From Thermodesulfovibrionales bacterium (GTDB lineage Bacteria > Nitrospirota > Thermodesulfovibrionia > Thermodesulfovibrionales > UBA1546): a DNA stretch of 64,000 bases. Below the pieces are notes generated by a model. The model was given only the letters and a program-made list of their open reading frames with translations. It was not told the DNA's origin and searched no databases. Made by a program: the position numbers and the translations under genes. The stretch covers positions 3,584-67,583 of the forward strand of contig JBAQLV010000027.1 in the NCBI GenBank assembly GCA_049302185.1, given 5' to 3'. This document shows positions 55,881 to 64,000 of this stretch, piece by piece; the first letter of the stretch is position 1; every line of letters begins with the position of its first letter.

Positions 55881-57053
55881 ATGCTTGAAAAGGCTTTAAA
55901 AGGAGGCAAACGATACTGGACATGGGTGTTTTTCCTTCTTGCTTTAGTAGGAGTTGGCACTGTTTATTACCTTAAGCAGTTCAGTTACGGATTAGGCATA
56001 ACAGGTCTCAGCAGGGACGTTTCATGGGGTCTTTACATAGGGCAGTTCACATTCCTCGTCGGCGTAGCTGCATCCGGCCTCATGCTTGTTCTGCCATACT
56101 ACCTGCACAATTTTAAACAGTTCGCAAAGATTACGATACTCGGTGAGTTTCTGGCTGTATCAGCAGTCACGATGTGTATGCTATTCATCTTTGTTGATCT
56201 GGGGCAGCCTATGAGGATTATGAATGTGTTACTTTATCCGACTCCTAACTCAGTCCTGTTCTGGGATGCAATGGTTTTAAGCGTCTATCTTGCCTTGAAT
56301 ATAATTATTGGCTGGGTTGTTCTTGGCTCTGACAAGAAAGGCATTGCTCCTCCAAAATGGGTTAAACCATTAATTTATCTTTCAATAGCATGGGCGCCCT
56401 TAATCCACACAGTCACCGCATTTCTCTATGCAGGAATTCCCGGAAGGCACTTCTGGCTGACTGCGATCATGGCTGCACGATTCCTTGCATCCGCATTTTC
56501 AGGAGGCCCGGCGCTGCTTATAATCCTTGCTCTGATTATAAGGAAATTCACAAAGTTTGACCCCGGGAAAGAGGCTATCCAGACACTCGGAAAGATTGTC
56601 ACATACTTTATGATAACAAACGTCTTCTTCTTCGGCCTTGAGTTCTTCACAGCATTCTACAGCAATATACCCGGGCACATGCATCCATTCGTATACCTCT
56701 TTGCAGGTCTTGATGGACATGCCAAACTTGTACCATTGATGTGGACATCTGTAATATTTGCCATCGCCTCTATTGCCCTTCTGCTATTCCCTGCTGTAAG
56801 GAGGAATGAGTCAACTCTTGCTATAGCTTGTGCTATGGTCTTTATCTCCCTCTGGCTTGACAAGGGATTCGGCCTCATTATTGGCGGATTTGTTCCTAAC
56901 ATGTTCGAGAAGGTGACAGAGTACTGGCCGACAATGCCTGAGACGTTTATAATAATAGGTGTCTGGGCAGCGGGATTTCTGGTGTTAACGATACTCTATA
57001 AGATTGCAATAACAGTGAGGGAAGAGACTGCAGGGATAGAAATAGAGCACTGA
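55881..57053 (+). CDS. dsrP: DsrP (NrfD/PsrC-family membrane subunit)
   Basis: 390 aa with about 10 TM helices. Position follows dsrO. Confidence 0.8.
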   Translation: MLEKALKGGKRYWTWVFFLLALVGVGTVYYLKQFSYGLGITGLSRDVSWGLYIGQFTFLVGVAASGLMLVLPYYLHNFKQFAKITILGEFLAVSAVTMCMLFIFVDLGQPMRIMNVLLYPTPNSVLFWDAMVLSVYLALNIIIGWVVLGSDKKGIAPPKWVKPLIYLSIAWAPLIHTVTAFLYAGIPGRHFWLTAIMAARFLASAFSGGPALLIILALIIRKFTKFDPGKEAIQTLGKIVTYFMITNVFFFGLEFFTAFYSNIPGHMHPFVYLFAGLDGHAKLVPLMWTSVIFAIASIALLLFPAVRRNESTLAIACAMVFISLWLDKGFGLIIGGFVPNMFEKVTEYWPTMPETFIIIGVWAAGFLVLTILYKIAITVREETAGIEIEH

Positions 57054-57115
57054 AAAGCATTCTCACTTAAAAGAAAGTTTTGAACAACCTAAATTTTTAA
57101 GGAGGTGAAGTTTAG

Positions 57116-57301
57116 ATGTGGCTTGTAACAGTGGATGTAGAAAAATGTGAAGGATGCGAGGAGTGCGTTAACAACTGTCCTGTCAGCGTTTTTCAGATGA
57201 AGGACGGCAAGGCAGACCCTTATCAGGCAGACCTATGCGAGGGTTGCGAAACCTGTGTAAGCGTCTGTTCAACAGGAGCAGTTACTCTTAAGGAAATGTA
57301 G
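57116..57301 (+). CDS. Small 2x[4Fe-4S]-type ferredoxin
   Basis: CEGCEECVNNCP and CEGCETCVSVCS in 61 aa. Confidence 0.8.
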   Translation: MWLVTVDVEKCEGCEECVNNCPVSVFQMKDGKADPYQADLCEGCETCVSVCSTGAVTLKEM

Positions 57302-57330
57302 AGCTTTCCCTAAAACAATAAAATAAAAAA

Positions 57331-57361
57331 GGGGACACAGAATCTCTGTTTCCCTTTTTTA
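57331..57361 (+). terminator. Rho-independent terminator after the dsr/ferredoxin operon
   Basis: ggggacacag-aatct-ctgtttccc (8 bp with one mismatch) followed by TTTTTTA. Confidence 0.7.
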
Positions 57362-57485
57362 TTTATTGAGGCTCTCTGTGAAGTTTCAAAATTATAACAC
57401 TTCCTATTTATTGGCTGTAACTGTATAGTTCTTGTATATTATTCACTGATTTTCACTATAGATTTGTTTTGAATTTTAAAGGAGG

Positions 57486-59240
57486 ATGAAGATTAACCGT
57501 AACGCTGTCAACTTTGACTCGCCCGAAGGCAGGGAGATTTACAGGCACAGCGCATCCCATATCATGGCGCATGCCGTAAAGGAGATTTTTCCTACTGTAA
57601 AACTTGCAATAGGCCCGGCAACAGACGAGGGTTTTTATTACGATTTTGATATGGACAGGCCGTTTACACCGGAAGACCTTGGCTTGATAGAAAACAAAAT
57701 GAAAGAACTAATAAAAAAAGATAACCCGTTTACAAGAAAAACTATGACGAGGAAAGATGCGATAGAGTTGTTTGAAAAGATGGGCGAGGATTACAAAGTA
57801 GAGATCCTCTCGGAGATTGCAGATGATGAAGTATCCGTATATGAAGAGGGAGGATTTGTAGACCTGTGCAGGGGGCCCCACGTTCCGGCAACGGGCTTTA
57901 TTAAGGCGTTCAAGCTCCTCAGCATTGCAGGCGCATACTGGCGCGGAAGCGAAAAGAACAAGATGTTACAGCGGATATACGGAACTGCATTTGCTGATGA
58001 AAAGTCTCTAAAGGATTACCTTGTCTTTCTTGAAGAGGTCAAAAAAAGAGACCACAGAAAACTCGGCAAAGAACTTGACCTTTTCAGCATCAGCGAAGAT
58101 ATTGGGCCGGGATTAATCCTCTGGCATCCTAACGGCGCAATTATAAGAAAAACTATAGAGGATTTCTGGAGGGATGAACATTACAAAGCCGGTTATAATC
58201 TCCTCTATTCACCGCACATAGCAAAGCTTAACCTCTGGCAGAGGAGCGGGCATCTTGATTTCTACAGAGAAAATATGTATTCACCGATGGAAATAGAAGG
58301 CATAGAATATGAACTCAAACCAATGAACTGTCCGTTCCATATAAGCATCTACAAAAGTTCTCTCAGGAGTTACAGGGAACTTCCAATCAGGTATGCAGAG
58401 CTTGGAACCGTTTACAGATATGAGCGTTCTGGCGTGCTCCACGGGCTTTTAAGAGTCAGAGGTTTTACACAGGATGACGCACACATATTCTGCAGGGAAG
58501 ACCAGATAGAAAGCGAGATATTAAGCATCCTTGACTTCACGCTTTTTATTCTTAAGACATTCGGCTTTGATTCATATGATGTTTACCTTTCAACCATGCC
58601 GGAGAAATATGTCGGCACGCTTGAAAACTGGGAAAGCTCAACAAACGCCCTGAAACAGGCGCTTGAGAAAAAAGGGCTGTCATACCGGGTAGATCCGGGC
58701 GAAGGTGTTTTCTACGGCCCGAAAATAGACATAAAGATAAAAGACTCATTGAACAGGTCATGGCAGTGCAGCACAATTCAGGTTGACTTTAACAACCCGG
58801 AGAGGTTTGATGTTACTTACAGGGGAAGCGATGGAAAAGACCACAGGCCTATAATGATCCACCGCGCCCTTATGGGCTCACTTGAAAGGTTTTTCGGAAT
58901 TCTCATAGAGCATTACGCCGGTGCATTCCCATTATGGCTTGCGCCCGTTCAGATCGGAATACTCACAATTGCAGAAAGACATTCCGATTATGCGCTAAAA
59001 ACTGCTGACACCTTAAAGCTTAATGGAATCAGGATTGAGACCAATCTTGAAAATGAAAAAATCGGATATAAAATCAGAGAAGCCACTATCAGAAAAGTGC
59101 CTTATTTGGTTATAATAGGTGACAAAGAATCAGATGAGAACAAGCTGACGGTAAGAAAGCGCAATGGTGAAAACATGGGCTCGTTTACAATAGGCGAGCT
59201 TATAGAGATAATAAAGACTGAAATAGGAAGCAGGCATTAA
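57486..59240 (+). CDS. thrS: Threonine--tRNA ligase lacking the N-terminal TGS domain
   Basis: Starts at the editing-domain region ([18 protein letters not shown]...[12 protein letters not shown]). Class II motifs and the anticodon-binding domain are present. 584 aa. Confidence 0.9.
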   Translation: MKINRNAVNFDSPEGREIYRHSASHIMAHAVKEIFPTVKLAIGPATDEGFYYDFDMDRPFTPEDLGLIENKMKELIKKDNPFTRKTMTRKDAIELFEKMGEDYKVEILSEIADDEVSVYEEGGFVDLCRGPHVPATGFIKAFKLLSIAGAYWRGSEKNKMLQRIYGTAFADEKSLKDYLVFLEEVKKRDHRKLGKELDLFSISEDIGPGLILWHPNGAIIRKTIEDFWRDEHYKAGYNLLYSPHIAKLNLWQRSGHLDFYRENMYSPMEIEGIEYELKPMNCPFHISIYKSSLRSYRELPIRYAELGTVYRYERSGVLHGLLRVRGFTQDDAHIFCREDQIESEILSILDFTLFILKTFGFDSYDVYLSTMPEKYVGTLENWESSTNALKQALEKKGLSYRVDPGEGVFYGPKIDIKIKDSLNRSWQCSTIQVDFNNPERFDVTYRGSDGKDHRPIMIHRALMGSLERFFGILIEHYAGAFPLWLAPVQIGILTIAERHSDYALKTADTLKLNGIRIETNLENEKIGYKIREATIRKVPYLVIIGDKESDENKLTVRKRNGENMGSFTIGELIEIIKTEIGSRH

Positions 59241-59308
59241 ATATATAATGTATATAATTCAGTACGCATAAGGCGTTATGTTTCACAAATAAAAATGGAG
59301 GTGAAAGT

Positions 59309-59809
59309 ATAAGCAAACACATAAGGGTAAACGAACAGATAAGGGCAAAGGAAGTCAGGCTTATTGACGCTGACGGTAACCAGGCAGGGATTGTTTCTGT
59401 CAGAGAGGCTTTAGAACTTGCTGACCAAAGAGAACTTGATCTGGTGGAGGTATCGCCTGAGGCAAATCCTCCAGTCTGCAAACTGCTTGATTTTGGTAAA
59501 TATAAATACCAGATGAGCAAAAAGCAGGCTCCGAGCAAAAAGATTGACATAAAAGAGATAAAGATAAGACCTCAGATAGGCATACACGATCTGGAGTTGA
59601 AAGTAAGGAATATACGGCGTTTTCTGGATGAAGGGCATAAGGCTAAGGTGATGATGTTCTTCAGGGGAAGAGAGATGGCAAGACCGGAGCTTGGATTGAT
59701 GGTTTTCGAAAAGCTGACCCAGATGCTGCCCGGCAAGTTTAATATAGAGATGAAGTCAAAACTTGAGGGTAATCATATTACCATGGTAATTGGGCCGAGC
59801 AGCAAATAG
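59309..59809 (+). CDS. infC: Translation initiation factor IF-3 with a probable non-canonical ATA start
   Basis: The frame is open from 59258. Conserved IF-3 sequence (I)SKHIRVNEQIRAKEVRLIDADGNQAGIV precedes the first ATG of the track ORF (59444). GGAGGTG at 59297-59303 lies 5 nt before ATA at 59309. Confidence 0.8.
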   Translation: MSKHIRVNEQIRAKEVRLIDADGNQAGIVSVREALELADQRELDLVEVSPEANPPVCKLLDFGKYKYQMSKKQAPSKKIDIKEIKIRPQIGIHDLELKVRNIRRFLDEGHKAKVMMFFRGREMARPELGLMVFEKLTQMLPGKFNIEMKSKLEGNHITMVIGPSSK

Positions 59810-59875
59810 TGAACAGTGAATAGTGAACAGTCGTCAGTTTCTGACTCTTCACTAAATACTATTCACTAACGACTA
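59808..59875. repeat. Heptamer-repeat hairpin (AGTGAAC/AGTGAAT units and complement)
   Basis: agtgaac agtgaat agtgaac agtcgtc ag tttc tgactcttcact aaatact attcact aacgact. It starts within the infC stop codon and ends 6 nt before the rpmI RBS. Confidence 0.85.
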
Positions 59876-59891
59876 TAATTAGGAGGAATAG

Positions 59892-60089
59892 ATGCCAAAG
59901 ATGAAAACACATAGAGGGGCGGCAAAGAGATTTAAGGTTACAGGCACAGGGAAAATAAAGAGGAGCAAGGCTTATAAAAGCCATATCCTTACAGGCAAAC
60001 CCTCAAAAAGAACAAGAAAGCTTAGGACTGCGACTCTCGTTTCAAAAGCAGAGCACAGCAAAATAAAAAAACTTTTACCATATATGTAG
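59892..60089 (+). CDS. rpmI: 50S ribosomal protein L35
   Basis: [24 protein letters not shown]. Confidence 0.95.
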   Translation: MPKMKTHRGAAKRFKVTGTGKIKRSKAYKSHILTGKPSKRTRKLRTATLVSKAEHSKIKKLLPYM

Positions 60090-60175
60090 ATAAAGTTATA
60101 GATAAAGTTAAGAGTGAAAAGTTATAAGTTAAGAGTTACAGTCTCCAACTTTCAACTTTCAACTTTCAACTTTGA
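60088..60175. repeat. Heptamer-repeat hairpin (AAAGTTA-type units / AACTTTC x4 complement)
   Basis: ...gataaagttatagataaagttaagagtgaaaagttataagttaagagtta cagtctcc aactttc aactttc aactttc aactttg. It lies between rpmI and the rplT RBS. Confidence 0.85.
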
Positions 60176-60190
60176 TTTAGGAGGATTAAA

Positions 60191-60550
60191 ATGCCAAGGG
60201 CTAAAGGTGGATTTAAAACAAGACAGAGAAGAAAGAAAGTTCTTGAACAGGCAAAGGGCTATTATAGCGCAAAGAGCCGTCTATTCAGGATAGCAACAGA
60301 AGCGGTTGACAAGGCGCTGCAATATGCTTACAGAGACCGCAAGGTAAAAAAACGCGAGTTCAGGTCTCTCTGGATTATAAGGATCAATGCGGCTGTCAGG
60401 GCAGCAGGTTTGACTTACAGTCAATTTATTGCAGGGGTCAAAAAGGCAAAGATTGCTCTCAACAGGAAAGCATTGGCTGATATGGCTTACAATGATCCAG
60501 AGGCATTCAGCGAACTCACAGAGTCAGTTAAGAAAAAGCTTGCTGCATAA
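60191..60550 (+). CDS. rplT: 50S ribosomal protein L20
   Basis: [33 protein letters not shown]. Confidence 0.95.
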   Translation: MPRAKGGFKTRQRRKKVLEQAKGYYSAKSRLFRIATEAVDKALQYAYRDRKVKKREFRSLWIIRINAAVRAAGLTYSQFIAGVKKAKIALNRKALADMAYNDPEAFSELTESVKKKLAA

Positions 60551-60570
60551 AAGAGGCGGCAGCTCACCAA

Positions 60571-61584
60571 ATGCTTGACACAGACTCTTTCAAAAAGGCG
60601 TTTCTCAGTGAATTAGATAAGGCTGCGTCTACAGCTGAGCTTCAGCAGGTGCGGATTAAATACCTCGGGAAAAAGGGATTACTGACAGCTCAGCTTAAAA
60701 ACCTTTCTACGATGCCTGCCGAAGAAAAACGGTCTTTTGGAAAAGCGGTAAATGAGCTTAAAGGATTCGTTGAAAACGAGATCGCCTTAAAAGAATCTGC
60801 TCTGGGCAATGCAGACCTTAAGAAGAGACTCTCCTCAGAGACTATAGATGTAACACTTCCCGGAAAATACACACCTATAGGCAGAGAACACCCGATAAAT
60901 AAAGTTCTGCGGGAGATTGAAGATATTTTTGTTTCAATGGGTTTTAGCGTTGAAGAGGGACCGCAGGTTGAACTTGATTACTATAACTTTGAGGCATTGA
61001 ACATGCCGAAAGACCACCCTGCGCGGGACATGCAGGATACATTCTACATCACAGATGACGTGATGCTGAGGACTCACACATCTCCTGTTCAGATAAGGAC
61101 AATGGAAAAAAAGAAACCGCCTCTGAGATTCATTGCACCGGGCAAGGTTTACAGGTGTGACGCTGATATTTCCCATACGCCGATGTTTCATCAGGTTGAA
61201 GGCCTGATGGTTGATACAGATGTCTCTTTCAGCGACCTCAAGGGCGTGCTTGAAACATTCATCCACAGAATATTCAGTCCTGAGACTCCTGTAAGGTTCA
61301 GACCGAGTTTCTTCCCGTTTACAGAACCATCAGCAGAAGTTGATATCGGCTGCATATTCTGCGAAGGCAGGGGCTGTCAGGTATGCAAGGGAACAGGATG
61401 GCTTGAGATACTTGGCGCAGGCATGGTAAACCCGCGTGTCTTTGAGATGGTCGGATATAATCCTGAAATCTATACCGGCTTTGCATTCGGCATGGGCGTT
61501 GAGAGGATAACCATGCTCAAGTATGGGATTGACGATATCAGGCTGTTTTTTGAGAATGACCTCCGCTTTCTAAGGCAGTTCTAA
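60571..61584 (+). CDS. pheS: Phenylalanine--tRNA ligase alpha subunit
   Basis: [14 protein letters not shown]...[12 protein letters not shown]...[10 protein letters not shown]...[11 protein letters not shown]. Confidence 0.95.
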   Translation: MLDTDSFKKAFLSELDKAASTAELQQVRIKYLGKKGLLTAQLKNLSTMPAEEKRSFGKAVNELKGFVENEIALKESALGNADLKKRLSSETIDVTLPGKYTPIGREHPINKVLREIEDIFVSMGFSVEEGPQVELDYYNFEALNMPKDHPARDMQDTFYITDDVMLRTHTSPVQIRTMEKKKPPLRFIAPGKVYRCDADISHTPMFHQVEGLMVDTDVSFSDLKGVLETFIHRIFSPETPVRFRPSFFPFTEPSAEVDIGCIFCEGRGCQVCKGTGWLEILGAGMVNPRVFEMVGYNPEIYTGFAFGMGVERITMLKYGIDDIRLFFENDLRFLRQF

Positions 61585-61680
61585 ACCAACACCAATCAAG
61601 TTCATGAATATAAAATATCCTTTATTGAGCAATACACCTGAATATGCTATTATAGGTGTATAAAAAACAGGAGGTCATTT

Positions 61681-61881
61681 ATGGGAAGGACTAATATCAA
61701 CATTGATGACAGGCTTTTAAAAGAGGGACTTAAGCTGACCCATCTAAAAACTAAAAAGGAACTGGTCAATTATGCTCTCGGTGAGTTGATAAAGAAAATT
61801 AGAAGGAAGGGAATACTCAGACACGAAGGGAAGATAAAGTGGGAAGGCGATCTGAATGAGATGAGGGGAAGCCGGGTTTGA
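61681..61881 (+). CDS. vapB: Type II antitoxin, VapB-like
   Basis: MGRTNINIDDRLLKEGLKLTHLKTKKELVNYALGELI. 66 aa. Its stop overlaps the start of the PIN gene. Confidence 0.8.
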   Translation: MGRTNINIDDRLLKEGLKLTHLKTKKELVNYALGELIKKIRRKGILRHEGKIKWEGDLNEMRGSRV

Positions 61882-62282
61882 TACTCGCCGATACCAGCGT
61901 TTGGATTGATTTTCTCAAAGGTAAAAATACTCCTCATCGAAATATCCTTCATCAGCTTATTGCGACCGAAGAAGACATCTGCATAACGGGTATAATCCTC
62001 ACAGAGATACTTCAAGGCATAATGGATGAAAAAGAGAGCGCTGAAATGAAGAAGTATCTCACGGAGTTTCCGGTCTATAATCCCGAAGGTATTACTGCAT
62101 ATATTGAAGCGGCAAACATTTATAAGAAATGCGCAAGGCAAGGGAAAACAGTAAGGAAAACAATAGACTGCCTCATCGCAGCGGTTGCAATAGAGAATAA
62201 CCTTATCCTTTTCCATAACGACAGGGATTTTGACACCATCGCAAACTGCACTGATTTAAAAATTTTAAGTTTAGGAAATTAG
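61878..62282 (+). CDS. vapC: Type II toxin, PIN-domain VapC
   Basis: ILADTSVWIDFLKG...TEILQG...DCLIAAVAIENNLILFHNDRDFD carries the PIN acidic residues. TTG start. Confidence 0.85.
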   Translation: MILADTSVWIDFLKGKNTPHRNILHQLIATEEDICITGIILTEILQGIMDEKESAEMKKYLTEFPVYNPEGITAYIEAANIYKKCARQGKTVRKTIDCLIAAVAIENNLILFHNDRDFDTIANCTDLKILSLGN

Positions 62283-62629
62283 CACGCCTGCGGCAGTTCT
62301 AAAGACTCATTACTCGCCTAAAATGATTAGCCCCGTTTGAGAATTTCACCTACGCAGCCGCAAAAACAAGAGTGTCTTGCTACTGCGAATTGCTCACAGT
62401 ACTCCTCACCGCAGAGCATCCCCGTCATTGTGTCTAGTACAAGCGAGAATCGTTACTTCTGAAAGCCTATCACTTCGCTCCTCCTGCATCCTGATGTTCT
62501 GATTTTGTTAAGTTCTCCTGAGAGGGAACAAATGTATCCCCATCCAACAAAGATATCGTAAGTCTAACCTATTGAAAAAAATGCATTTCAACTATAATAG
62601 TTTTATCACTTTTTAGGAGGAACATCTAT

Positions 62630-64000
62630 ATGACTGAAGATTTAACAGGCATCTTTAAACCAGAAGCCAAGACCATAATGAAAATATTTGGAGATGCGGA
62701 CAGCTATTATCAGATACCAGATTATCAGAGACCCTATAGCTGGAACACAGAGCAAATTGAACAAATGTGGGATGATATTTCTTCTGCAATGGAAACAAGT
62801 GAGGAGAGTTATTTCTTAGGGCCAATCATATTGATTGAGAAAAAAGGTTATTTTGAGGTTGTAGATGGGCAACAAAGGCTGACAACGCTAACCATTTTAT
62901 TTTGTGTATTGCGAGATGCATTCCTGAAGGGTGACAAGAAAATCATAAATGCAATAAAGAGTCTTGTTGACCAACAGTATCGGCTGCGATTAATAACCCA
63001 GCTTCATTATCAGAATCAGTTTGAAGAACAGATACTGGATAGCGTTAAATTTCCTCAAAATGAACCTACGAAGAAAGAACTTGAAGAAAATAAGTTCCTG
63101 AATGCCGCAATAAATTTTAGAGACAAACTATCAAAGCTAAATCATAACCAGTTGTCGGAATTTGTGAACTATTTACTTAACAGAGTAATAATGATTTCCA
63201 TCATATGCACAAAACAACACTTTGCCATAAAACTTTTTCAGGTTCTCAATACCAGAGGACTTGATTTAGATAATGCTGACCTAATAAAAAGTCATTTATA
63301 TGGAACTATCACGAAAGAGTTGCATCAGCAACAGTTTATGTCAACATGGAGAGAATCTGAGACTATATCAAAGCAGATAGACGAATCTTTAGAGAATCTG
63401 TTCACGTTTTATGAATACTACATCTTAGCGAGGAATCCGAAAGTTTCGCTATTTGAAGAATTGACTTCCAGTAAGGAATTTAAGAAAGATGCTAATAAAG
63501 TTATATATGCGTTCAAGGTATTTGTAGAGGAATTCAACCAGGTATGGCAAATGCAATTCCCGCTTATATATTCATTCTGGTATATTCCGAATCAGGTTTT
63601 TTGGAAAGCAATATTGACAACGGCACGATGCGAAAAGTTCAAAGATTTTGATGGACTATGCAAAGAACTGAGAAAAATGTTTTATGCATATTGGATTGCT
63701 GGCTATACAACGTCTAAAATCAAACAACTGTCGTTTAATATTATCGGGATGCTGAAGAAGAATAAATCGTTAGCGGACATAAAGAAAGAGATTGACGATA
63801 AGATGGCGGCTGATGATGTCATCAAATGGATGTCTGATAACCTCTATGACGATGCATATGGAAAATCATGGGCCAAACCTTTATTAACCCTGATTGAATA
63901 TGAGCAAACAGATAAAGCTAAAATTACCTATATTGAGATGGACCGCAAACTTCACGCAGACCATATACTTCCTGAGAAGTGGGATACCATAGGTTACTGG
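62630..64000 (+). CDS. GmrSD-like DUF262/DUF1524 protein (putative type IV, modification-dependent restriction enzyme); C-terminus lies outside the window
   Basis: My own translation gives MTEDLTGIFKPEAKTIMKIFGDADSYYQIPDYQRPYSWNTEQIEQMWDDI...VVDGQQRLTTLTILF, the DUF262 DGQQR motif. Near the window edge it reads ...KLHADHILPEKW, a DUF1524 His-Me finger-like motif. AGGAGG lies 9 nt upstream. 457 codons are open to the window end. Confidence 0.8.
   Translation, partial: MTEDLTGIFKPEAKTIMKIFGDADSYYQIPDYQRPYSWNTEQIEQMWDDISSAMETSEESYFLGPIILIEKKGYFEVVDGQQRLTTLTILFCVLRDAFLKGDKKIINAIKSLVDQQYRLRLITQLHYQNQFEEQILDSVKFPQNEPTKKELEENKFLNAAINFRDKLSKLNHNQLSEFVNYLLNRVIMISIICTKQHFAIKLFQVLNTRGLDLDNADLIKSHLYGTITKELHQQQFMSTWRESETISKQIDESLENLFTFYEYYILARNPKVSLFEELTSSKEFKKDANKVIYAFKVFVEEFNQVWQMQFPLIYSFWYIPNQVFWKAILTTARCEKFKDFDGLCKELRKMFYAYWIAGYTTSKIKQLSFNIIGMLKKNKSLADIKKEIDDKMAADDVIKWMSDNLYDDAYGKSWAKPLLTLIEYEQTDKAKITYIEMDRKLHADHILPEKWDTIGYW

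Noticed and set aside
62567-62573. GTCTAAC, the exact complement expected for an R'' partner of the GTTAGAC box at 26042-26048.
   Set aside because: It lies 36 kb away with no attC-like hairpin around it. A 7-mer match is expected several times by chance in 64 kb.

Overview
This 64-kb window is a chromosomal segment from an A/T-rich anaerobe, mostly housekeeping and energy-metabolism genes with about 90% coding density. DsrC plus DsrMKJOP indicate dissimilatory sulfur metabolism. The lineage is possibly Nitrospirota/Thermodesulfovibrionia-like or Desulfobacterota, but that is a guess.

Core content, left to right:
- two ArsA-like ATPases, a small protein and CstA
- acetate activation genes: an ADP-forming acetyl-CoA synthetase with a DRTGG partner, an IS256 relic, and AMP-forming Acs
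- HD-GYP and HEAT proteins, then TatC and TatA
- a FecR / CHASE2-cyclase / outer-membrane-protein trio
- glyQ and glyS
- a YedE/TusA/DUF3343 selenium-or-sulfur cluster
- acpS-pdxJ, nrdJ, hisGCB, nadB and pyk
- an NtrB/NtrC-like two-component pair
- dsrC-(dsrT)-dsrMKJOP-fdx
- thrS-infC-rpmI-rplT-pheS

Most interesting observations:
1. glyQ and glyS are separated by about 6.9 kb. The gap holds what reads as an integron-type cassette array with no integrase in the window (CALIN-like). Two sites have canonical attC box architecture. Each site's R'' box is a perfect reverse complement of the GTTRRRY-type box at the 5' end of its own cassette.
   - Cassette 2 is a type II R-M pair.
   - Cassette 1 is an unnamed two-gene module: a wHTH plus nucleoside-2-deoxyribosyltransferase-like protein, followed by a DUF4365 PD-(D/E)xK protein. 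This is my best candidate for an undescribed defence system.
2. A 105-nt tRNA at 34236-34340 (minus strand) has tRNA-Sec-like architecture but a Cys anticodon (GCA) and U73. It has a 13-bp acceptor/T helix, a 4-nt D-loop and a very long variable arm. It sits beside the YedE/TusA cluster and a LysR regulator.
3. A family of heptanucleotide tandem-repeat hairpins fills several intergenic spacers. Related repeats are embedded in-frame inside nrdJ, hisC, nadB and pyk.
4. A second accessory insertion follows pheS where pheT is expected: vapBC flanked by a 12-bp direct repeat, then a GmrSD-like DUF262/DUF1524 gene.

All calls rest on reading the sequence and recalled family motifs. No searches or folding programs were run.
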